From Candidatus Eremiobacteria bacterium (lineage in GTDB: Bacteria; Vulcanimicrobiota; Vulcanimicrobiia; Vulcanimicrobiales; Vulcanimicrobiaceae), in the NCBI GenBank assembly GCA_963737065.1, contig CAVTRC010000001.1:1856001-1920000 (forward strand): a DNA stretch of 64,000 nucleotides. Direction: 5' to 3'. This document shows positions 24,923 to 34,347 of this stretch, one piece after another. The first letter of the stretch is position 1. Each line of letters opens with the position of its first letter. Both the position numbers and the translations under genes were made by a program. Under the pieces are notes generated by a model. The model was not told the DNA's origin, did no database searches, and saw only the letters and a list, made by a program, of their open reading frames with translations.

Positions 24923-25897
24923 ATGCTGCGCTTCTTTGCAATACTTCTTGTTGGCGCGATGACCTTGGGGGCTGCGCCGCGGTACGTCGGTAATCTTACT
25001 GAAGGCGCCTTGACGGGCGCGCTGTCATCGACAACGGCGCTCCAGAACGCGTTTCAGGATCATGCCTCTCTTTTGCATTCCGCCGTTTCAAAAATCGGCC
25101 TTTCAGATAGCGAATGGCGCGAACTCTCCTACGCAGTGGCTGCGGATAACGTGAGGTGGTCGACCCTGCCCACGCGACTGGATGCGATGTCGGGCCAGTA
25201 TGGCGGACGAGCATTCGTCGTCCGCAACATCCGCATTCGTTCCAATGTGCGTGGGTGGCGCGTGAACCTCGCCAGAGCGACCGTCTATATTCCACGAGAC
25301 TGCGGCAACGTGTCCGTCGTGTGGTCGCATCCGAATGCGAAAACGCACGCCACGCCTCATACACCCCGTGTGCTCTACGTTCCGAACACGCCGGCGCCAA
25401 CGGTGTCATCGGCTCCGGATACGGCAGCACCGTCGATTCCTCAGGCGCAGGATGCGCCAGTTCCCACACCGGCGCCGGCACCTAATAAATGGAAGGGCGC
25501 GCGGCAATGGATCATCGGTTTAATCGCGTTCGGCGTTGTTGACTATGCGTGCAACAAATGGGCCAATCGCCCAGTGGCGTGTCTTGGTCACCACGTGTAT
25601 TTACAGGCGAAACCACGTGCAACTGCAACGCCGCAACCAATCTCCGCCAAGCCCACGAGCCCTCCCGCAACGCCGTCGCCGTCACCAGCGAAACCGTCGC
25701 CCGTTCCATCACCGATTCCCACGAGCATCCCGACCGCGAAGCCGACACATGCGCCGACGCCCGTTCCGACGATTGCGCCGACTCCCGTCCCGACATCACG
25801 GCCGTGCGGATGCCATACGCCGAAACCAACGCCACCGCCGCCCACTCCAACACCGTCGCCGATAAGTTGCTCTCCGTCACCGATGGCGAAGCCGTAA
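24923..25897 (+). CDS. Exported Pro/Thr-rich hypothetical protein
   Basis: Signal peptide, globular domain ending in IPRDCGNVS, Pro-rich linker, hydrophobic segment and a PTP-repeat tail. Confidence 0.7.
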   Translation: MLRFFAILLVGAMTLGAAPRYVGNLTEGALTGALSSTTALQNAFQDHASLLHSAVSKIGLSDSEWRELSYAVAADNVRWSTLPTRLDAMSGQYGGRAFVVRNIRIRSNVRGWRVNLARATVYIPRDCGNVSVVWSHPNAKTHATPHTPRVLYVPNTPAPTVSSAPDTAAPSIPQAQDAPVPTPAPAPNKWKGARQWIIGLIAFGVVDYACNKWANRPVACLGHHVYLQAKPRATATPQPISAKPTSPPATPSPSPAKPSPVPSPIPTSIPTAKPTHAPTPVPTIAPTPVPTSRPCGCHTPKPTPPPPTPTPSPISCSPSPMAKP

Positions 25898-25916
25898 AAG
25901 ACGACCAGGCGCTATG

Positions 25917-25947
25917 AACAAAAGCCCCGTTTTGCGGGGCTTTTGTT
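25917..25947. terminator. Bidirectional intrinsic terminator
   Basis: AACAAAAGCCCCG-TTTTG-CGGGGCTTTTGTT: 13-bp perfect stem with A/T tails, between convergent genes. Confidence 0.9.
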
Positions 25948-25995
25948 TACGCTGACGCGCTGCGGCTCCGTTCCGGTGCATGCCTGCGTCAACGC

Positions 25996-27621
25996 TTAGT
26001 AGTCGCGCCAGAGCATCGCCGAAATCGTGCCTTCATCTTGGAACACGCCGATCAGGTCCGCAATAGAGCTGATCGGAACGTTATTGACAACGAGTTGGTA
26101 GATCAGATGTTTGCCGCTCTTCGTCGTGATGTAGCCGCCAAAAGCTTGGCCTTTGAGCATCATCTCGCCCGACCGCGACGCGCCGACAAATGTGCCGGTC
26201 TTTGCGTGAACCTCTCCTGCAGCGCCCGCAAGCGTCGGATCTTTTTCAAAGTCTTTGATTGAGGCAAGTGAACCGTCCACGGCGAGAATCGGGAGGTCGT
26301 CGTATAGCGTAGAAAAAGCGGCGCGCCTTTGCATCTCCGCCAGCATCTGCGTCACTGCACCGCTGGTCGCCGTCGTACTTCCGCCGCCGCTGCCGTCGAC
26401 GAAATGATAGTCGCCGGCCGGGATACCAAAGCGCGTAGCGAGATTTTTGCGTTCCACTGCGAGCGCGGCCGGCATGCTGTGTACGCCGCGCGTCACGCCG
26501 AAGAGCACAATGCTCGTATCCGCGCCGATATTATAGCTGATCTTGAGAATGAGTTTGGCATCTTGCGCGTACGTCATTCCGTGCAACGTCGCAACGTTGT
26601 TGCTTTTGCTGTACGCGACGCTGGACGGCAACAGTTTTGTAGGATTCGGTTTCACCACCGGTGCGGCCACCGTTACGCCGGCGTTGCGCAACGATTCAAT
26701 GAACACCGTGCGAGCGTAGCTCGAAGGTTCCGTTATGCGAACTGTCCGCACCAACGTACCGGTGCCGGTCAGCGGAGGCTTGAAACCGACAGGCAGTGAG
26801 CCGTCGATCGTCGCCGTGCATCCCACTTGTCCGATGCACGTTGGGTAGCGGGAATCGATCCGTATGTCCTCACTCGATTTTAGCGCGCCGTTCGTCACGC
26901 CGTTCTTAATCCCAAGCGCGGCGGAAACGGGCCGATGCGTTAGCGCGGTCTTCGCGCCGACGTCCGCGCCTGGCGTGATCGTCACGTCAACGACATCGTC
27001 ATTGACGAAGATTGGACGCACGTCGAACTCATCGCGGAAGTTGAACGGCTTGAACAAGCGATCGTCGACGATAACGTCGCCGTCGACCCGGGTGATACCC
27101 GCGGCTTTGACGGCGCGCGAGAGCCGCTCGTAGCCGGCAAGCGGATTGGGCTTCGTCAGTATCGCGTTGCCGAGGCTATCGGCCTCATTATGATCCCAAT
27201 TACTGACCGCGATCGATCCATCCGGGTTTGTGCGGCCGCCCATCGTGAGATCGCCCGACGCAACGATAATGAGATTTCCGTGCAATACCGTGCCGTTAAC
27301 GTTGCCGATGCGGTACACGTGCGTATCGTAACGATGATCGGGCCCGACTGCGTCGAGGAGTTGACCGACGCTGAATACCTTGCGAACCGAACCAATGAAA
27401 AATTTTCGCTCGGGATGGACGTCGATGAGAACCTTCGACCCATCCAAAACGCGCAGCCCCCACGTCGCGTTCTTGTAGAGCGGCTTAGCGAAGATCTTCT
27501 GGATGTCTGCCGGCACCGGTATGGGCGCCGAGGGCCGCACAGCGCTCGACGCCGTCGCGCTCGTGACAAGCGCGATCGACGCGAACGCAATAGCATAGGC
27601 AGACAATCTCTTCCCAATCAC
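25996..27621 (-). CDS. D-Ala-D-Ala carboxypeptidase/endopeptidase (peptidase S13, DacB-like)
   Basis: Signal peptide; SVRK (SxxK), SYN (SxN), DGSG and AKTGT. Confidence 0.88.
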   Translation of the reverse strand: MIGKRLSAYAIAFASIALVTSATASSAVRPSAPIPVPADIQKIFAKPLYKNATWGLRVLDGSKVLIDVHPERKFFIGSVRKVFSVGQLLDAVGPDHRYDTHVYRIGNVNGTVLHGNLIIVASGDLTMGGRTNPDGSIAVSNWDHNEADSLGNAILTKPNPLAGYERLSRAVKAAGITRVDGDVIVDDRLFKPFNFRDEFDVRPIFVNDDVVDVTITPGADVGAKTALTHRPVSAALGIKNGVTNGALKSSEDIRIDSRYPTCIGQVGCTATIDGSLPVGFKPPLTGTGTLVRTVRITEPSSYARTVFIESLRNAGVTVAAPVVKPNPTKLLPSSVAYSKSNNVATLHGMTYAQDAKLILKISYNIGADTSIVLFGVTRGVHSMPAALAVERKNLATRFGIPAGDYHFVDGSGGGSTTATSGAVTQMLAEMQRRAAFSTLYDDLPILAVDGSLASIKDFEKDPTLAGAAGEVHAKTGTFVGASRSGEMMLKGQAFGGYITTKSGKHLIYQLVVNNVPISSIADLIGVFQDEGTISAMLWRDY

Positions 27622-27639
27622 GATCTAGGCCTTTCTTTC

Positions 27640-29319
27640 TTATCGCGACGCTTCGATGTAGCGATCGATTTCCGTCATAACGAGGGTCAGCGGCATGCCG
27701 CCGTTGGAGACGATGCGGTCGTGGAACGTGCGAACGTCGAACTTAGCGCCGAGCGCTGCGTGCGCCTTTTCGCGAAGTTCGGCGAACGTTAGCGATCCCA
27801 GCTTGTAGGCAAGAGCTTGGGCCGGGAGATCGGTCGCGTAACGCGGCAGTTCGCTTGCGATCTCGGTCTGCGACATCAGCGTGTTGTCACGTAGAAACGC
27901 AGCTGCCTTATCGTAACTCCAGCCGAGCGCGTTCATTCCCGTGTCGACGACGAGCCGTGAAGAGATGAAGATATCGAGTGCGTGACGCCCGTACAGATCG
28001 TAGGGGTCGTCGTACGCGCCGTACTCTTTGCCGAGATCGGCGGCGTATTCCGCATAGCCTTCGTGGTATGCGGCGATATACGTGGAAATCGCGTGAAATG
28101 CGCGGAAGCGTGGAAGTTTCTCGTTTTCGCGCGCGACGTTAATCTCATAGTGATGCCCGGGGACCAGCTCGTGAAGGGCGAGTGATGCAAGACTAAGCAA
28201 CGATCGCTCCGAGAGATTCGAACCGTTGAAGAGATAATATCCGGTCTCGCCGGTTTTCGCGCCCGGATGGTAGTACCCGAACGTCATCCCGGCCTCGAGG
28301 TCTTGCGGCAAACGCTTCGCGCCGAACGGGGCTTGTTGTCGGCGAGCAAAGAACGTGTCGAGCGCGTCGTAACCGATCTTCGCGAATCGTTCCAACTTCT
28401 CGCCGATCTGCTCCGGCGACTGCGGAACGAAGCGCGGGTCGGTGCGCAGTTGCGCATGAAATTGCGCGGCGGTGCCGGTGAAGCCCAGTTGCGCGCGAAC
28501 GTCGGCCATCGCTTCGCGCAAATCCGCAACGACCTGCAGGCCGCGTTCGTGAATCTGTTCCGGCGTTAAATCGGTCGTCGTGTTATCACGAACACAATAG
28601 CGATAGTGTTGTGCGCCGCCCGGCAAATCCGACTGGCCCCATCCTTCGGAACATGCGGCAGCGTACGGACCTTCGAGATATTCCACGAGCGCAGCGATCG
28701 CGGGGGCGACGTGCTCGCGCAACACGTCGTCCGTTCCGGCCGGTGGCCGGCCGCTTTTGGCAAGAAACGGGCTGTTGTCGGTTGACATCGCAGCGCGATG
28801 GGTCGCGACGATCGGCGCCAGGACGCGGCGCGGCAAGACGATGCCCCGCTGCACCTGCCCTTCGAGTTTCGTCTTAGCTGCGCGCGCGTAAGCGCCGACA
28901 TCGCGCAGTACGGCAAAGTAACGCTCGCGGGCCGCGTTATCGTCGGTGGAAAGCGCCCGAAAAATCAGCTGAAACGCGGAAGGAAAGCAGCGATACGGTG
29001 TGACGGTGATGACGTGCCAATAGTGTTGCGTCGCTTCCAGTCTGCGACCGATAGCATGTCGCAGCACCGCAAGCGAAAGGCGATCCTGACCATCCATCGC
29101 CGCCTCATCGATCGTGTCGAGTCGCGCGAGCGCCGTGCGGCACCACTGGGCGGCTTCTTCGTTGAGCTCTTCGGTTTCCGGTGCGATGCCGGAGATCGGC
29201 ATGCCTTGCCCGGCACGGTAGATCGCGGTGAATGCAGCTCCGCGAAGCGGCCCGTGTTCGTCGCTATTCGTCGCCTCGTACGCATCGATCGCTTGTTGTA
29301 TCGTCTGCATCTGCGTCAT
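27640..29319 (-). CDS. DUF885 family protein
   Basis: LHELVPGHH, EGYAEYA, RLVVDTG, PAQALAYKLG and FDVRTFHD. Start position uncertain. Confidence 0.9.
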   Translation of the reverse strand: MTQMQTIQQAIDAYEATNSDEHGPLRGAAFTAIYRAGQGMPISGIAPETEELNEEAAQWCRTALARLDTIDEAAMDGQDRLSLAVLRHAIGRRLEATQHYWHVITVTPYRCFPSAFQLIFRALSTDDNAARERYFAVLRDVGAYARAAKTKLEGQVQRGIVLPRRVLAPIVATHRAAMSTDNSPFLAKSGRPPAGTDDVLREHVAPAIAALVEYLEGPYAAACSEGWGQSDLPGGAQHYRYCVRDNTTTDLTPEQIHERGLQVVADLREAMADVRAQLGFTGTAAQFHAQLRTDPRFVPQSPEQIGEKLERFAKIGYDALDTFFARRQQAPFGAKRLPQDLEAGMTFGYYHPGAKTGETGYYLFNGSNLSERSLLSLASLALHELVPGHHYEINVARENEKLPRFRAFHAISTYIAAYHEGYAEYAADLGKEYGAYDDPYDLYGRHALDIFISSRLVVDTGMNALGWSYDKAAAFLRDNTLMSQTEIASELPRYATDLPAQALAYKLGSLTFAELREKAHAALGAKFDVRTFHDRIVSNGGMPLTLVMTEIDRYIEASR

Positions 29320-29419
29320 GTTAGGCCTCGGACCGGCAATCACCGCCAACATGAGGCGCGAAAATGCTTTTTGCGCCGTCGCGGGCATATTTTATGGGCG
29401 AATGTTGAAATACACGCCG

Positions 29420-30793
29420 ATGACGTCCGGCGTAAACCGCATTCGCCTCCTCAATTACTCGTTACCTGTTGTAGCGATAGAGTTTGTCATCTATCCGGTT
29501 CTCGCTATACTTCCGTCGTTCTACGCAAACATCAGCGGCGGCAAACTTGCGTCGTATGCCACGGCGATCCTCATCTCGCGTCTGGTTTATTCGTGCAGCG
29601 GGCCAATCGTCGGCTATTTGAGCGACCGCTTCGCGACGCGGTGGGGACGGCGTAAGCCGTGGATGATCGCCGGTACGGTCGTCGAGGTGATCAGCGTCTA
29701 TTTGGTGTTTGTGCCGCCGTCGAACGCAGGACCGGATTACTTCGCATGGACGGCGGCGCTTGCGCTCTTCGGTTTTAGCATGATCGACGTTCCCTATATT
29801 GCGTGGGGCAGCGAAATCACGCGCGACTATGCGAGGCGCTCGCTCATCGCGTCCTATAGAGCCGTCTTCGCTGTTTTCGGTCAGGTCGTGTTCCTCGCGT
29901 TGCCGCTGCTGCCGGCCTTCGGAGGCAGCGATCTGCTCCAGCCGGCGACGATCGCGCATCTCGGTTTTGTCGCGATGGTTTTGCTGGTTGTGACGATGAG
30001 CATTGCGCTCGTCTGGGGGCCGCGAGCAGAGGCTGAGAATGCTGCGCCGGCGGAAGCGCCCGTGCTTCGTCTCCTGGCCGACATGGCGCGTAACGTGCCG
30101 ATGCTCTACCTCACGGGAGCTACCGTGTTCACGTTCCTGGCATACTGCGTGCAACTGACGATTGCGTTACAGTTCATGTCATCGCTTGGATTTGCGAAAA
30201 CGTTCGCACCGCTGACCCTCGTTGGATTGCTCGTCTCGATCGTCAGCGTGCCGCTGTGGGAGTCAATTAGCAGGCGCATCGGCAAGCATAAGAGCTGGGC
30301 GGTGACGCTGGTAATCTCGTTCGTTGGTTTGGGCGCCTATTTCGTCATCGTGCCCATTTTCGGAACGTTCGGGGCGCTTGTGGCCTCGTCGCTCATCGTG
30401 GCGCTTCCATCGGCGTTTTACACCGCTTCGTTGCCGTACTCGATCATGGGCGACGTTATCGACTATGACGAGTTGAAGACCGGCTCAAATCGCTCGGCAA
30501 ACTATTCGGCCGTCATCCTGCTCGTGATTCGGCTACAGGTCGCTATCGGCGGTGCGATCGCATTCTTCGTTCTTGGCGCGATGCGATTCGATGTACATCT
30601 TGTAAATTCGCATGTCATGCAGCCGGCGATGTTCGTTGCGTACTTCCTTTTGCCGGGCCTGTTCTTGCTGCTTGCCATCGCATGCATCTGGCGATTCCCA
30701 ATCGATGCTCGACGCGCAGCGATCATTCGTAAGCGGCTCGAGGGCACCCATCGTGCGAGCGGCTACGAGCGCCGTGCCTCGCCGGCCCGATAA
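29420..30793 (+). CDS. MFS transporter, GPH/MelB-like
   Basis: GYLSDRFATRWGRRKPW, PYIAWGSEI and MGDVIDYDELKTG; about 12 TM helices. Confidence 0.9.
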   Translation: MTSGVNRIRLLNYSLPVVAIEFVIYPVLAILPSFYANISGGKLASYATAILISRLVYSCSGPIVGYLSDRFATRWGRRKPWMIAGTVVEVISVYLVFVPPSNAGPDYFAWTAALALFGFSMIDVPYIAWGSEITRDYARRSLIASYRAVFAVFGQVVFLALPLLPAFGGSDLLQPATIAHLGFVAMVLLVVTMSIALVWGPRAEAENAAPAEAPVLRLLADMARNVPMLYLTGATVFTFLAYCVQLTIALQFMSSLGFAKTFAPLTLVGLLVSIVSVPLWESISRRIGKHKSWAVTLVISFVGLGAYFVIVPIFGTFGALVASSLIVALPSAFYTASLPYSIMGDVIDYDELKTGSNRSANYSAVILLVIRLQVAIGGAIAFFVLGAMRFDVHLVNSHVMQPAMFVAYFLLPGLFLLLAIACIWRFPIDARRAAIIRKRLEGTHRASGYERRASPAR

Positions 30794-31026
30794 CGGTAAA
30801 CGATCCGGCCTTTCGTCAGGTCGTACGGCGAGACTTCCACGTCTACACGATCACCGGGAAGAATTTTGATTCGATGCCGACGCAAACGTCCGGCGATGTG
30901 CGCGAGAATGACGTGGCCGTTGTCGAGTTCGACCGAGAAGGTAGTGCTCGGAAACACCTGCTTGATGCTGCCGAACAATTCGAGCGGCGCCTCGCGGTTG
31001 TCTTCAGCAGGCTTGACTTTTGGCAT
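30763..31026 (-). CDS. infA: Translation initiation factor IF-1 (stand-alone copy)
   Basis: VELDNGHVILAHIAGRLRRHRIKILPGDRVDVEVSPYDLTKGRIVYR. Confidence 0.92.
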   Translation of the reverse strand: MPKVKPAEDNREAPLELFGSIKQVFPSTTFSVELDNGHVILAHIAGRLRRHRIKILPGDRVDVEVSPYDLTKGRIVYRYRAGEARRS

Positions 31027-31270
31027 ACGCTGACTGGCGTTGCGGTTGCGCGTTGCGATAATGAAGCTCCTTGATCGCTCTAGCGGTAGAGCGTTGGAAA
31101 GTGGCGCGGAATCCCGTGGGGTCCGAGCGCGGCGAACGGAGCATCTCATGAAACTGCCCCTCGTGCAAGGGTAAACCCGTCGGTGGCGCGGAAAGCTCGC
31201 CGGTTTGCGTCGCCGGCGACTGCGCTTGAGGATCGGCGCGGGTAGGATGCTCAGAGAGGTAGTATGCACG

Positions 31271-31522
31271 ATGAACGACACGTCTCGCCAGCTGCGCTAC
31301 GCACTCGGCACGCTGTGCGAACGCTACAATTCGATGATCGCCGACAAAGACACGGTTGATTTCCGGCTTGGTTCTCACGCAGAATACGACGAGACGGTCG
31401 ACCATATCGACGCAGAAGAAGTGTACGTCCGCGAATCCGGCAGTATCAGCGACGATCTACGAAGCCTGATCGTAGAGATGATCGACGTGGCGCAACGCAT
31501 TCGCACGATCGAAGGCTTTTGA
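31271..31522 (+). CDS. Small acidic hypothetical protein
   Basis: ATG after AGAGG; 83 aa with protein-like composition. Confidence 0.6.
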   Translation: MNDTSRQLRYALGTLCERYNSMIADKDTVDFRLGSHAEYDETVDHIDAEEVYVRESGSISDDLRSLIVEMIDVAQRIRTIEGF

Positions 31523-31556
31523 AAACTTATTGACATATACGGCGGCACATTTTCAG

Positions 31557-32351
31557 TTACGTCATTCGACTCGAGCCGTGAAGCTCGTGTTCGAGCGCCT
31601 GCAGTTCAGCACCGCCGGCCATGAGACGTATCAGGTTCTCCAGCGGAATTTCGGAACGAGCGGCATCGAGTTCCACGCGGCCGAGGGCGAGCACGACGAA
31701 ACGATCGCCCACCAAGTACGCATGGTGTGGGTTGTGGCTAATAAAAATCACGGCCAGTCCTGCGTCGCGCGCGGCAGAGATATATTTCAGGACGACGCCT
31801 GACTGCTTGATGCCGAGCGCCGCCGTCGGCTCATCCAGTATCACAACCCGTGCGCCGAAATAGATCGCTCGCGCAATGGCTATAACTTGCATTTCGCCGC
31901 CGGAGAGTTTGCCGACCGGCGCGTCGATATCCGCGAGATGGATTCCCATCTTCTCGAGTTCCTCGGACGCGATGCGGCGCATTGCCTCGATGTCGAGCCT
32001 GCGAAACGGCCCCCAGCCAGTTGTCAACTCGGAGCCCAGAAAGAAATTTCGCCAGACGGGCATGAGCGCCACGAGCGCGAGATCTTGATAGACGGTCGCG
32101 ATACCGAACGCTTTGGCCTCGCGAGGAGACGACAGACGAACTTCAGCCCCGTCGACGCATAAGACGCCCGTGTCATGCGGATGCAAACCAGAGACGATCT
32201 TGATTAACGTTGATTTCCCTGCGCCGTTGTCTCCAAGGATGCAGGTAACTTCTCCACGCCTCACCGTTAAACTGACGCCATCAAGCGCGCGAACGTTCCC
32301 GTAATATTTGCAGAGATCGGTCAGCTTAACGATTGCGGCCGGCGCGCTCAT
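31557..32351 (-). CDS. Sugar (inositol-type) ABC transporter ATP-binding protein
   Basis: GDNGAGKSTL, LSGGE and LDEPTAALG. Confidence 0.93.
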   Translation of the reverse strand: MSAPAAIVKLTDLCKYYGNVRALDGVSLTVRRGEVTCILGDNGAGKSTLIKIVSGLHPHDTGVLCVDGAEVRLSSPREAKAFGIATVYQDLALVALMPVWRNFFLGSELTTGWGPFRRLDIEAMRRIASEELEKMGIHLADIDAPVGKLSGGEMQVIAIARAIYFGARVVILDEPTAALGIKQSGVVLKYISAARDAGLAVIFISHNPHHAYLVGDRFVVLALGRVELDAARSEIPLENLIRLMAGGAELQALEHELHGSSRMT

Positions 32352-33391
32352 TTGCGGTCCACCTGATAGCGCACGAGCATGTTTACGAGCGTCGCGAGTA
32401 ATAGCATCGCGCCGAGAAAGAATTTAAACCAATCGGGATTCCAACCGGCATACACGACACCTTGGCTCACGACGCCGAAGATCAGCGCGCCTATTGCGGC
32501 GCCGATGACGGAGCCATAGCCACCGGTCAATAGACAACCGCCGACCACGGCGGCCACAATGTATTCCAGTTCGAGGCCCACGCCGCCGCCGGATTGCACG
32601 GTGTTGTAGGCAAACAGCTGATGCATGCCGGCGATCCACGCGCAGAATCCGACGGTCATAAAAAGCGCGACTTTCATTCGCTTGACCGGAACACCGGCCG
32701 CGCGCGCGCTTGCCGCATTACCACCGACCGCAAATACCCAGTTGCCGGCTGTCGTCCTTAGGAGGACCCACGTGCCTAACGCTACAAGGGCGAGCCACCA
32801 TATGATGCTGACGTTTACGTCTACGCCGCCGAACGTAAGCGTCGATGCGAAAAACGCCTTCGCCGAATCAAATCCCGCCATGTTCGAGATGTCGTTCGTA
32901 GCGACGTTCCCGCTTATAAGGCGCGTGATCGCAAGATTTATGCCTTGAAGCATGAGAAACGTCCCGAGCGTTACCAAAAAACTTGGTAAGCCGGTACGAA
33001 TCAGCATCCAGCCATTGAACGCGCCGATGGCGAGGGAAAGCGCCAAGCCGACAGCGACGCCGATCCACACGTTGGCATTGAATTGATACGCGAACATCGA
33101 TGCGCACAAGGCCGAAGTGATAACCGCGACGCCCGCGGAAAGATCGAATTCACCGCCGATCATAAGCAGTGCTACGCCGACCGCCATGATGCCGAGCGTG
33201 CCACTTTGGTAGAGCACGGTGCTGATGGACGCAGGATGGCGAATTGCGGGCGCAGTGATTCCAAAAAAGATAATTACCGCGACGGCTCCGATCAGCGAGC
33301 CGACTTCCGGTCTTGCAAGAAAGGTCCGAACAGCAGAACGGTGAGCTGACCGTTTGCGAAGCGGCGCGGACGGTGCAGCGGTCGAATTCAT
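32348..33391 (-). CDS. Sugar (inositol-type) ABC transporter permease
   Basis: GGEFDLSAG, AVGGNAASARAAGV and VVGGCLLTGGYGS. Confidence 0.93.
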   Translation of the reverse strand: MNSTAAPSAPLRKRSAHRSAVRTFLARPEVGSLIGAVAVIIFFGITAPAIRHPASISTVLYQSGTLGIMAVGVALLMIGGEFDLSAGVAVITSALCASMFAYQFNANVWIGVAVGLALSLAIGAFNGWMLIRTGLPSFLVTLGTFLMLQGINLAITRLISGNVATNDISNMAGFDSAKAFFASTLTFGGVDVNVSIIWWLALVALGTWVLLRTTAGNWVFAVGGNAASARAAGVPVKRMKVALFMTVGFCAWIAGMHQLFAYNTVQSGGGVGLELEYIVAAVVGGCLLTGGYGSVIGAAIGALIFGVVSQGVVYAGWNPDWFKFFLGAMLLLATLVNMLVRYQVDRK

Positions 33392-34347
33392 CGCGTCCCC
33401 TTCTCCGCGAACCGTGCAATCGCGCTGATGTTATGCGAGTCGATGAATGCTGGACCGGTAAGTATCGGTTGGCCGCCACCAATCACGTCGCCGTTGGTTA
33501 CCAACAGCCACAGCGCATCGACCGCTTCGTAGCCCTGTAGGTACGGCTGCTGGTCGATGGCCCAACGGACGCTTCCGTGTTGAATCGCCGCGACGAGTTG
33601 TTTGTTCGTGTCGAACGTGACGATTCTCGCGCCGCTGCGTGCAGCCTGTCCTGCGTCAACTGCAGTAAGCGCGATGGGCGCACCGAGCGTCACAATATAG
33701 TCGATACTCGGGTCCTGTTGAAGCTTCGCGGTAATCGTCGAACGGACGGACGGCATGTCCGCGCCGTTGACGTAAATTTTCTCGCTGCGCCCCTTCGTAA
33801 GACCATCTTGCACGCCCTGGCATCGTGCTTCCAGTTGAACCTGTCCCTGCGATTGAATCACGCAAAGCACATGCCTAGCGCCTTCACGGCTCAACCGCGT
33901 GCCGGCTGCGCGCCCGGCGAGCAGTTCGTCTTGTCCGATGTACATCGGGATGCCGAGCCGCTTCCATGCGCCAAAGCCGGCGTTGAACGCGATAACCGCA
34001 ATGCCCGCGGCTTGTGCGCGCCTGACGGCGCTTCCTAGTGCGTCGGGCGTCGCAAGGGTCAGCGCTATGCCGTCCACATGCTGATCGATCGCATTCTGAA
34101 CGAGCACAGCTTGCCCGTTAGCGTTCTGGTCGTTGGAATAGATAAGATCCACGTTGTCATTCGCAGCTGCCGCTTCCGCGCCGCGCCGGATGATGTCCCA
34201 GAACGTGTCTCCCGGAGGTTGGTGCGTAATCATCGCGATTCTCAGGCGAGGCGCGTTGACCGCGCCACCGGGCCGTCCGCGCGCGCCTCCCGTGCTGCTA
34301 CAACCGAATAACAGCAACAAACAAACCACGGCGGCGACATGTTTCAT
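33388..34347 (-). CDS. Sugar (inositol-type) ABC transporter substrate-binding lipoprotein
   Basis: Lipobox LFGC; DTFWDIIRRGAE and DQQPYLQGY. Confidence 0.92.
   Translation of the reverse strand: MKHVAAVVCLLLLFGCSSTGGARGRPGGAVNAPRLRIAMITHQPPGDTFWDIIRRGAEAAAANDNVDLIYSNDQNANGQAVLVQNAIDQHVDGIALTLATPDALGSAVRRAQAAGIAVIAFNAGFGAWKRLGIPMYIGQDELLAGRAAGTRLSREGARHVLCVIQSQGQVQLEARCQGVQDGLTKGRSEKIYVNGADMPSVRSTITAKLQQDPSIDYIVTLGAPIALTAVDAGQAARSGARIVTFDTNKQLVAAIQHGSVRWAIDQQPYLQGYEAVDALWLLVTNGDVIGGGQPILTGPAFIDSHNISAIARFAEKGTR

Noticed and set aside
31530..31556. Isolated TTGACA after the 83-aa gene
   Set aside because: No convincing -10 element, and it points antisense into the ABC ATPase gene.
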